A stretch of 64,000 nucleotides of DNA, from contig CBFDEM010000002.1 in the NCBI GenBank assembly GCA_965603825.1, positions 558,001 to 622,000 on the forward strand, written 5' to 3'. The notes beneath the pieces were generated by a model. The model was not told the DNA's origin and ran no database searches. It saw only the letters and a list, made by a program, of their open reading frames with translations. The stretch is from Blepharisma stoltei ATCC 30299 (lineage: Eukaryota; Protista; Ciliophora). The translations under genes and the position numbers were made by a program. Of this stretch, positions 1 through 9,514 are shown in pieces (within the stretch, counting starts at the first letter, position 1; every line of letters begins with the position of its first letter).

Positions 1-1
1 A

Positions 2-1117
2 TTTTGCAAAAAATTTATGAACCGATATTTCAGGGAAAAATTCGAGGATTTTAAAATCAAGCCAAAAGAAGCGATATCAAGGATAATTGAAGATTGTGAT
101 GCTGCAATAAAAGCAAACCCTGGGGAAATTAACTATCTGATATCTGGGACAACTGCCGTAGTGTTATTTATAGACGGAAATAATATATATGCGGCAAGTG
201 TAGGGGACTCTAGAGCGATATTAGGCACAATCCCAAAATCAGCTGATGAAGTGCCAAAAACTGCTCATAGCGCTCCAAACCCTTATAAAACTGTTGTAGA
301 GCCTAAAAGGCTGCTGAATTCAATTGCATTAACGGTAGATCAGAAGCCAAATCATCAAGAAGAGCTTGAAAGAATAGAAAAATCAGGCGGAAAAGTCCAA
401 CAACTTACTGATGAAAGAGGAAATAAAATCGGACCTTTTAGAGTATGAAAAGGAAATGGAAACATCCCAGGCTTAGCAATGTCTCGCTCAATAGGTGACG
501 GTGTTGCCAAAGAATGTGGTGTAATTTCAACTCCAATAGTCCATGATTTTCAGCTATTCCCTGATAGAGACCAGTTCATTATTATGGGATCAGACGGTGT
601 CTGAGACGTTTTCGATAACCAAGAAGCCGTAAATTATGTCGAAAAATATCGCTCAGAATGTTTAAAAACTGCTCAAAGTAACTGTAGCTACCCTATCAAA
701 GTAACCAAAATTTAGCCTGAAAATTCAACTATATCTCAGCTATTAGGTGAAGAAGCTAGATGTAGATGGTTCGGTATCTGTGAAGACGAAGACGTCATAA
801 TTGATGATATTTCTGTTATTATCATTGAAATAAGCACTCTAATACCTTTATCGCACATAGATACAAGTGAAGCAGAGGATAGAAGAACAGTAAGACTTAA
901 CAGCTTAGGTGAAATCAAAGAAGAAACTAAGCCAATGGTTTCTAATATGCTTAGAGGTGATGCTGTAAGAGGAAGCTTCATTCCTGCGAAGGACCCTAAT
1001 GCAAAAAGAGTCAGAATTGACCCTAAAAGAGGCTCACATGCAATTGTAGAAGGCAATGAAGAGCCTGAAGGGCAAATTGATGTGCCGTTTGTCGATGACG
1101 AACACAAGCTTGATTAA
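2..1117 (+). CDS. PP2C-family (PPM) Ser/Thr phosphatase, 5'-partial; 2 TGA=Trp, 1 intron (701-715)
   Basis: Motifs SGTTA, ASVGDSRA, GPFRV[TGA 446]KG..PGLAMSRSIGD, GSDGV[TGA 602]DV and DDISVII are all in one frame after removing a 15-nt intron; ends TAA 1115-1117. Confidence 0.93.
701..715 (+). other. 15-nt spliceosomal intron
   Basis: GTAACCAAAATTTAG; its in-frame TAG interrupts the PP2C domain and removal restores it. Confidence 0.88.
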
Positions 1118-1128
1118 TTTAGAATAAA

Positions 1129-2440
1129 ATGGATAATAAAAAGTGGAAAGGGATCACTGCACTTTTTGGATGTTTCATTGCCAATATGGTTTCAGGGACT
1201 ATCAATTTGTGAGGAGCTGTTGGGATTTATTTTACTTCCTATTACCACGCGAAGGATTCTGCAATAAGTGAGTCTGATATGTATTTGGCATTCGCAGTGG
1301 CTTATGCTCTGGAATCGTTATTTTTTAGTATGAGTCTATATAGTAATTGCAAGCTCTCTGAGTGAAATTATAGGACCAAAATTAACCTCATTAATTGGTG
1401 TATGAATTGGGAGTCTATTTCTGCTTTCCTGCTCATTTATAGAAGAGCCTTATCTCTTTTGTGTTTTCTATGGATTTTACGGAGGAATTATTTCTGGGAT
1501 GATTGATGTCCCTATAATCTGGGCTTGCTGGGAATTTTTCCCTGATAAAATTGGAAGAGTTACAAGCATAGGCTTCGCAGGGTACAGCTTAGGGCCTATG
1601 GTTTTTGGGTTTATATGAACCATGCTAGTCAATCCAGGAAATGATTCTCCACATTCCAGCCATAACGGAAATACAAGCACAAGCTATTTTGGGAGCAATG
1701 TCTATGATAAAGTCCCTGCATCCCTAAGGTGGATGTCATTAATGTACTTTCTGGTCGCTACAATTGGAGCACTTTTAGTTCGGAGTAAATCAAAAGAAAA
1801 GAAAAAAGTGAAGTCCACTCAAAAAATATCATCTATAGTTCAACAAAAGGAATTTTGGCTGATGTTTTTTAACTTTTATTTTCTTTTTGCTCCATACAGT
1901 TTTATTTTTACAAACTATAAGAGCATTGGCTTAACAAAAATCAAAAATGACCACTTTTTTGCTTATTTAGGCTCTGCTGGATTTTTTTCAGCATGCATTG
2001 CAAGACTTATATGGGGATATTTGGTAGACAAATATGGCTGGAGAAAAATTGCGTTATTTTCATGCATAATTCAGACTTTAGTCTGTGCTTCGATTTACTA
2101 TGTAATAGAATTCGAAGAATTATATGCTATTTGGGTTCTTGTGGAGTTTATATTTGGCAGTGGGACTTATCTTATCTTAATGATGGGATGTTCTGCTTTA
2201 TATCCTAAAGATGACTGGGTAGTTTCCTATTGTGGAATTGGGATGACTTTAATTGTCGCTACCTTATATGGTATTCAGTTATCAATCACTCCAGTATTTT
2301 TTATATAGATAATTGGCTATGGATTTACATTTATCATACTAGTAATCTGTGTGATTAATAGCTTTGTCCTTACTTATTTCACTCCAAATGCTGCTCCCAA
2401 TGAAAAGCAAGATGTTTCCTTAATTAGCCTTACTAATTAG
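1129..2440 (+). CDS. MFS transporter (oxalate:formate antiporter/monocarboxylate-like), ~426 aa; introns 1328-1343 and 2294-2308; 3 TGA=Trp
   Basis: About 12 hydrophobic segments; MFS motif-A-like RLIWGYLVDKYGWR; WEFFPDKIGRVT; continuous frame from ATG 1129 to TAG 2440 after splicing. Confidence 0.88.
1328..1343 (+). other. 16-nt intron
   Basis: GTATGAGTCTATATAG; explains the +1 frame change in the MFS gene. Confidence 0.82.
2294..2308 (+). other. 15-nt intron
   Basis: GTATTTTTTATATAG; removal adds the last TM helix of the MFS protein. Confidence 0.85.
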
Positions 2441-3094
2441 ATCTAATTTAACTAGCCTGTATAACTAAATCTAATTTAATTAGAATATAAAGTGGAAAGC
2501 TGAGAATATAGTTTCATGCATATCTTCAAGAAAACATAAGGAATGGCATCCTAGAAGGCTCAATAATAATTAATCCTTAACACTTAATTCTTACGCCTTC
2601 AAGAAAAGATCCTTAAAAAACAAGGCATGAGAAAATATAGCCTTATCGAAATTATCAGTTCAATTCTTACTTAAGCATGTCTTTCGTTAAGCATATAAGC
2701 ACAAAATGGTAACTAAAATGAAATGAATCTGCAGCTCATGAGGTTAAAAGTAGCTAAGCTGCTTAATCTATTTACATAAACAATTGTATTTTTATATTTA
2801 TGGCAGATTTTGTGATCAATATTTATGAAAATAGCAATTATGCTAAATTGATTTTACATCATATATCTTGTTCTTTAAAATCAGCCTAATAAGCAAACTA
2901 TTTATATTTCGTGATTAAATAGCTGCGAAATACGTTATTAAATTATTGGAAATTTTTTGACTATTAAATCAATAATTTGTATGATGCCTTGTTTTATTAT
3001 CCTTGTTTCGCTTCAAATATCACTCCCAAAAAAAATCAAGATATTTTATTAGTTTGCTGACTCATTAAATCTAATTAATTGCCATATTAATATT

Positions 3095-3544
3095 ATGGAG
3101 CACGAAAAAACAGTCGATACCACAGCTTCTGAAACCTATCCACCACAAGTAGCATCCCTCAAAAAAGGAGACTACTGCGTCCTCAGAGGGCACTTAGCTA
3201 AAATTATGGAAATAGAAATATATATCGGAAGCCATGGCCCAGCCAGAACCGTAATTAAAGGAATTGATGTCTTCACGGGGTATAAACATAAAGAAACCTA
3301 CTCGGTCCCACATAACATTGACTCCCTAAACATTACAAGAATTGATTACACCCTTTGCGATATAGCTAGAGATGGGTTCGTCTCGTTGATGGATGAAAAA
3401 GGAAACATAAAGGAAGATTTACGCCTTCCTAATACCGAAGAAGGAGCTATAATTCGCTCTTTGTTCGAAGCAGGACAAACTGTGAGTGTTACTGTTATGA
3501 AGGCTATAGGACAGGAATGAATCATGGCTGGTAAAGAAATTTAA
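3095..3544 (+). CDS. Divergent eIF5A paralog lacking the hypusine lysine, 149 aa (TGA 3518=Trp)
   Basis: Aligns end to end with 5498-5959; loop reads EIYIGSHGPAR instead of ATAKVGKHGSAK; indels are in-frame only. Confidence 0.8.
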
Positions 3545-3784
3545 TAAATATTATGTACAGTTCCTTAAGATATAGTTCTAATTAGGCATGAGGAGAATTG
3601 TAAGACTGATTAACATTTTGGCATTTTAGATATATCTTTACGACCTGCGATTGCTAAGTTGGCAGGGAAACTTTAAGAGAAAATAACAGTATAATAATAT
3701 TCTGACAGCAAAAATGATTACTTTAAGCTATAAATTCTCGAATAGCTTAAGCAACAGCTAAATCAAGCTTCTTCAAACTCTGAA

Positions 3785-4155
3785 TTAACTTTGCTTTTGC
3801 TTCTGAATTTCATTGTATTTTTGTAAATATCATACTACTTCATCACTATGCTTTACAGCAACCTCTTTCTCACAAATATTATCCCAATCACTTTTTTGCC
3901 ATTAATATTTTTAACCCAAAGTTTGCGTTTTTTTGGTTTATCCGCATTTTCTATTTCGAAGCTCATTAATAATACTCGAACCTGTCATTTTCCTGACTGT
4001 ATAAAATTTGCACTTAGTGAGGATGAAAGATGGTTGTTATATGATAAATAATTCATAAGAGTAAGGAGGGGATTTCTGTATAATCAGATTTATAGTTAAA
4101 TTGTCAGCCTTTATCACTTTGTTGGGACATAATTTTTACTGTATAAGTGAATTCC
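3785..4155 (-). pseudogene. Decayed copy of the DUF4430-like gene (6226-6675)
   Basis: Start region deleted; several frameshifting deletions (about 1, 8 and 10 nt) relative to the intact copy. Confidence 0.85.
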
Positions 4156-4165
4156 GTTTAATATA

Positions 4166-4401
4166 ATATTCTATATTCTTGGTACAGATAAAAAAATAAT
4201 GATATTGTGATAACTCTACGTTTGCAAACTGATCTAAAAATACTTTAGGAATTCGCGCTTGCTCAATAGGCCAATTTAAGAATTTATTTTTGAGATTACC
4301 TACTCTTGTGTCCGGCATTCCATATGACACGAGTATATACACTCTACCTGGTTTTAGCACCCTATAAATCCCTTGTACCATACTTGTAGCTCGTTGGAAG
4401 C
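4166..4401 (-). pseudogene. 3' fragment of the methyltransferase gene (6705-7346)
   Basis: Near-identical to 6705-6940, truncated at the duplication junction; stop TAA mutated to TAT. Confidence 0.9.
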
Positions 4402-5344
4402 GGAGGAATTATTTCTGGGATGATTGATGTCCCTATAATCTGGGCTTGCTGGGAATTTTTCCCTGATAAAATTGGAAGAGTTACAAGCATAGGCTTCGCA
4501 GGGTACTATGGTTTTTGGGTTTATATGAACCATGCTAGTCAATCCAGGAAATGATTCTCCACATTCCAGCCATAACAAAAATACACGCACAAGCTATTTT
4601 GGGAGCAATGTCTATGATAAAGTCCCTGCATCCCTAAGGTGGATGTCATTAATGTACTTTCTGGTCGCTACAATTGGAGCACTTTTAGTTCGGAGTAAAT
4701 CAAAAGAAAAGAAAAAAGCGAAGTCCACTCAAAAAATATCATCTATAGTTCAACAAAAGGAATTTTGGCTGATGTTTTTTAACTTTTATTTTCTTTTTGC
4801 TCCATACAGTTTTATTTTTACAAATTGCAAGAGCATTGGCTTAACAAAAATCAAAAATGACCACTTTTTTGCTTATTTAGGCTCTGCTGGATTTTTTTCA
4901 GCATGCATTGCAAGACTGATATGGGGATATTTGGTAGACAAATATGGCTGGAGAAAAATTGCGTTATTTTCATGCATAATTCAGACTTTAGTCTGTGCTT
5001 CGATTTACTATGTAATAGAATTCGAAGAATTATATGCTATTTGGGTTCTTGTGGAGTTTATATTTGGCAGTGGGACTTATCTTATCTTAATGATGGGATG
5101 TTCTGCTTTATATCCTAAAGATGATTGGGTAGTTTCCTATTGTGGAATTGGGATGACTTTAATTGTCGCTACCTTATATGGTATTCAGTTATCAATCACT
5201 CCAGTATTTTTTATATAGATAATTGGCTATGGATTTACATTTATCATACTAGTTATCTGTGTGATTAATAGCTTTGTCCTTACTTATTTGACTCCGAATG
5301 CTGCTCCCAATGAAAAGCAAGATGTTTTCTTAATTAGCCTTACT
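4401..5344 (+). pseudogene. 5'-truncated MFS transporter copy (or N-terminal part of a chimeric ORF 4508-5959)
   Basis: About 98-99% identical to 1480-2434; 11-nt deletion (AGCTTAGGGCC) near 4506; native stop removed by the downstream deletion. Confidence 0.7.
5204..5218 (+). other. 15-nt intron (duplicate of 2294-2308)
   Basis: GTATTTTTTATATAG at the homologous position. Confidence 0.75.
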
Positions 5345-5497
5345 TATCAATTATTGAAAATTTTTTTACTATTAAATCAACAATTTGTCTGATGTGTGAT
5401 GCCTAGTTTTATTATCCCTTGCTTCACTCCCAAAAAAGCAAGATTTTTTATTAGTTTGCCAAACTTACTAAACCTAATTAATTACCATATAAATATT

Positions 5498-5959
5498 ATG
5501 GAGCACGAAGAAACAGTTGAGACCTCAGCTTCTGGAGCTTCTGAAACCTATCCATCACAGGTAGGATCCGTCAAAAAAGGAGGCTACTGTGTCCTCAGAG
5601 GACACCCAGTTAAAGTTATGGAAATCGCCACAGCTAAAGTCGGAAAGCATGGCTCAGCCAAAGCCAAAATTACAGGAATAGATGTCTTCACAGGGAATAA
5701 ATACGAAGAAATCCACCCGACCGCGCATAACATTGACATCCCAAACATTACAAGAATTGATTACACCCTCTGCGATATCGCCAGAGATGGGTTCGTCTCG
5801 TTGATGGATGAAGAAGGAAACACAAAGGAAGATTTACGCCTTCCTGATGACGAAGAAGGAGCTAAAATTCGCTCTTTGTTCGAAGCAGGACAAACTGTGA
5901 GTGTTACTGTTATGAAGGCTATGGGACAGGAAAGAATCATGGCTGGTAAAGAAATTTAA
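5498..5959 (+). CDS. EIF5A: Eukaryotic translation factor eIF5A, 153 aa
   Basis: Hypusine loop KVGKHGSAK, GIDVFTGNKYEE, KEDLRLP. Confidence 0.97.
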   Translation: MEHEETVETSASGASETYPSQVGSVKKGGYCVLRGHPVKVMEIATAKVGKHGSAKAKITGIDVFTGNKYEEIHPTAHNIDIPNITRIDYTLCDIARDGFVSLMDEEGNTKEDLRLPDDEEGAKIRSLFEAGQTVSVTVMKAMGQERIMAGKEI

Positions 5960-6225
5960 TAAGTAATCCAGACAGTTCCTTAAGATATAGCTCTAATTAT
6001 GCGTGAGGAAAATTGTTAAAACTGATTAAAATTTTGGATTTTTAGATATATTTTTACGACCTGCGATTGCTAAGTTGGGAAATTTATAATCGAAATTCTT
6101 ATAGTTGAAACTTTAAGAAAAATTAGCAGGATAATAATATTTTGACAGCAAAAATGATTACTTTAAGCTATAAATTCTCTAATAGCTTCAAACAACAGCT
6201 AAATCAAGTTCCTTCAAACTCTGAG

Positions 6226-6675
6226 TTAGCTTTGTTTCTGCTTCTTAATTTCATTATATTTTTGTAAATATCATACTACTTCATCACTATGCTTTACAGC
6301 AACCTCTTTCTCGCAAATATTGTCCCAATCACATTTACTCTCATTAATATATACAACTCAAAGTTTGCCTTTTTTTGGTTCATCAGCATTTTCTATCTCG
6401 AAACCCATTAATTGCTGTACGTAATACTCAAACCTGTCATTTTCCTGATTGTATTTTGATATAAAATTTGCACTTAGTGAGGATGAAGGATGGTCGTTAT
6501 ATGATAAATAATTCATAAGAGTAGGGAGAGGGATTTCTGTATAATCAGATTTATAGTCAAATTGTCAGCCTTTATCGCCTTGTGGGGACATAATTTTTAC
6601 TGTATAAGTGAATTCGGTTTGCTCCTTATTTCTTTCTGGAAGTTTAGTAGTAATTGAGCCAGATCCGCATCCCAT
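6226..6675 (-). CDS. N-acylated (MGCGSG) protein with DUF4430/transcobalamin C-terminal-like domain, 149 aa; absent from ORF track (3 TGA=Trp)
   Basis: Open from ATG 6675 to TAA 6226 when TGA=Trp. YYVQQLMG..KL[W]VVYINE..VKHSDEVV[W]YL resembles the DUF4430 pattern (by eye). Confidence 0.8.
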
Positions 6676-6704
6676 TTTTTATTTGTTAATAAATACTTAA
6701 TATA

Positions 6705-7346
6705 TTATTCTATATTCTTGGTACAGATAAAAAAATAATGATATTGCGATAACTCTACGTTTGCAAACTGATCTAAAAATACTTTAGGAATTCGCGCTTG
6801 CTCAATAGACCAATTTAAGAATTTGTTTTTGAGATATCCTATTCTTGTGTCCGGCATTCCATATGACACGAGTATATACACTCCACCTGGTTTAAGCACC
6901 CTATAAATCCCTTGCACCATACTTGTAGCTCGCTGGAAGCTGTTTTCTCCACATAAAATGCAATCTAATGTGCATTTATCAAAAATCAAATCAAAGCTTG
7001 AAGATGGGTATTGCAGATTGCAAGCGTCCATAACTGCATATTCAATTTCAGACAGTTGCGAATTTCTCTCGCTCATCTGTTCAATTACTACAGGGGAGAA
7101 ATCAATATTTGATATATAATGATACCCATCCTTATACAATTCTTCAGAAAATGAAGAATTTCCACAGCCTACGACAAAAATTTCAGCTTCTTTATGAGAA
7201 ATTCTTGGCAAAAGAATAGATTTTATTTGTTGATACGATAGCAGCCAATCATAGGTATTATTCGGTTCTGATGAATATCTAGCATTCCAGTATTCTCTTG
7301 AGCTGAAATCTGGGAAGGTTTCTGGTAATTCTATGTCTTGATTCAT
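6705..7346 (-). CDS. Class I SAM methyltransferase, EEF1AKMT4/METTL13-N-like, 213 aa
   Basis: YWNARY, YDWL, VGCGNS, IDFS, MDAC, FDLIFDKCTLD, RVLKPGG. Confidence 0.92.
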   Translation of the reverse strand: MNQDIELPETFPDFSSREYWNARYSSEPNNTYDWLLSYQQIKSILLPRISHKEAEIFVVGCGNSSFSEELYKDGYHYISNIDFSPVVIEQMSERNSQLSEIEYAVMDACNLQYPSSSFDLIFDKCTLDCILCGENSFQRATSMVQGIYRVLKPGGVYILVSYGMPDTRIGYLKNKFLNWSIEQARIPKVFLDQFANVELSQYHYFFICTKNIE

Positions 7347-7366
7347 ATTTAAAATTTTTATTTAAA

Positions 7367-9302
7367 TTAAGCGAAATCTGAATCTTCTAAGTCTACTATT
7401 CTAAACAATCTTTCATTAAACGTAAATGCTGCAATTCCCCTATTTTGATTTATATTTGATAGCGTGACTTCATCGTTGACAAATATTCTAGATTGAGTTT
7501 CAGTAGGAGTTACTTTTTTTTCTGATCCAATAGGACTCCAAACTAAGCCTTCTAAATTGATTTCTAATATTTCTGAGCCATTTTCAGCTGAACCCACTAT
7601 CACGATTTGGAATTTATTTTTTGTGTATAAAGAAATATGCTTGGCGGTAATGCTAATTGGAATTTCCATCATTAAATTTCCTTGATTTGATAACGAATAA
7701 ATGGAGGCATTATTCCTGATGCATGTAGCAACAATTATTGCTTCTTCATTTCATCTCATACTGAAATCTTTTGGAATTGTATTGGAAATTTGTATCCAGT
7801 TTTGCTTTATAATGTATTTAGGAAAAACTGATCGGCTATAGTTGAAAGCTTCAACCCACCGTTTTCTGACTTTTTGATACAAAGATATTAAAGAAGCCTC
7901 ATCCCATGCTGAACCTCCTGACTTAAGATTGTTCCGAAGTGATTTGAAATAAATTCTATCTGAGTCACTTAAAAAATCTAACAGCTTTTTCATATTTACG
8001 GGAGACTCTTCTAACTGGTCTGCTTGCTCTTCTTCTTTATTTAGCCTTATATTTCCTTAATTAGGTTTTACAGTTAAAAAGCCAAGATAAGGTATTTTTT
8101 ATATCATAATGAGCATCTGATATAAGTTCCATAGTGGTATTAGTTAATTTCAGCAGCTTGTTTAAATCTATATAAAAAATACTGTTTAAAATTTTCTGGA
8201 ATTTTGACTTATCTAAACCAAATGGACCATATGTATCAGGACAATTTGCATAAGAAGCGAGAGTACTGATATAAAATGCTAAATTTTCCAATTGGTGATA
8301 AATATTTTGCAATAGTAAAATTTCAATATTTTTGACTTGCAGAGAAAGTTTCTAATTGATAAATACTTCTTCATTCAGTTGTATTTGCTTGGCATTCTGC
8401 ATTCCATCCTTAATAAATTTAGCTAAGCAAGGCGGGATTACGCCTGTCCCTGCACATTGGAATAAAACTTCTTGCACACTTTCAACCACTCCATTTTCTG
8501 CTTAATTTTTACTATTAAACACTTCTTCAATACCGCCTAATCAGCTTTTTAAAAATGAATTCGATATAAATTGCCATTCCTTTTGCGCATCTTTTAGGCT
8601 TTTTTCTAAAATTTTAAATGAATCTTCGCATTTGGTGAAAATATGAGCAATGTCATAGATATTTTCGGATTTTCTATTTAAAATTAATGAATTGTAAGTT
8701 CCAATAAAAACTCCTGCAGGGCTTGTAAAGAGACCTACAATTCTTGTTAAATTTTCATTGAAGCTTAGGGCATTTAAAGAAAACTGCTCACCAGATAAAT
8801 CTCGTTTTGAAAAAGTGGCAAATGGGTATTGACCATTTGCTATTAGATTAATATTTTCCGAGCCAATTGAATATAAAAGTGATAATCCATCAATATTAAG
8901 ATTTGATTTGCTACTTGAATTTGGGATATATCTTTCAGCTATATAGCTTGCTTTAGAAAATTGGCGGGGAAAATCCAATCAATTTAATATCCCAATTGCT
9001 TCACTGTGCAAACTATGTTCAGAAACAAGAACTAGCCCTTTGCTTTCTAAATAATAAACCTTGATCAATCCATTATCTCCACCAATAGCTATTGCATTCC
9101 CGTCTTCTTTAAAAGCTAAGGTTGTGATTTTTATTATCTCATCAATAGAAGCAACATTTTTAGGCTTATGGGAAATTCGTTTGATAATGATTGTGTCATC
9201 TTCTGTGATGAGGGCTAATAGGTCTTTGTTTTTGCACCCACTTATAATTCTGATATCACTTGAGAGCACATGCTCATATACAAGCTGGAAGGCGTCTCCC
9301 AT
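7367..9302 (-). CDS. ANAPC4: Anaphase-promoting complex subunit 4-like, ~629 aa; 3 introns, several TGA=Trp
   Basis: N-terminal CKNKDLLAL..LAFKEDGNAIAIGGDNGLI matches the APC4 WD40 start; five track ORFs join through TGA and introns. Confidence 0.75.
8056..8071 (-). other. 16-nt intron (AAG acceptor)
   Basis: GTAAAACCTAATTAAG; restores the frame and creates a split TGA(Trp) codon. Confidence 0.7.
8352..8366 (-). other. 15-nt intron
   Basis: GTATTTATCAATTAG; in-frame TAG. Confidence 0.82.
8498..8512 (-). other. 15-nt intron
   Basis: GTAAAAATTAAGCAG; in-frame TAA. Confidence 0.8.
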
Positions 9303-9514
9303 ATTTAAAATAGTAAAAATATTTGAGAATACAATTATCACATTCAAGATATTATCTGCAATATACATAGAGATTGCATGAATAATGAAGACCAATTTTA
9401 TTAAAAAATATAAATCCTAACGGCTTAAGGGGAAAACTCTTGTCTCATGAAATCAAAAGTCCTTACAAGTTCCAATATTTCATCTTATTTATTCATTTAA
9501 TAATTATTAAAAAC

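Larger units (their letters stand above)
1480..4401. repeat. Tandem segmental duplication, unit 1
   Basis: Colinear with 4401-6940 (MFS 3' part, eIF5A, DUF4430-like gene, methyltransferase 3' part). The junction at 4401 joins methyltransferase sequence (..TTGGAAGC) to MFS-internal sequence (GGAGGAATT..). Confidence 0.95.
4401..6940. repeat. Tandem segmental duplication, unit 2
   Basis: See unit 1. Lacks about 500 nt of the MFS-eIF5A spacer present in unit 1 (2435-2935). Confidence 0.95.

Noticed and set aside
2441-2480. Short direct repeat ATCTAATTTAA twice after the MFS stop
   Set aside because: An 11-nt AT-rich repeat; not significant.
5396-5497. N-terminal extension of eIF5A from GTG 5396 or ATG 5399
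   Set aside because: Homology and the paralog start at ATG 5498; the extension matters only as the linker of the possible chimera.
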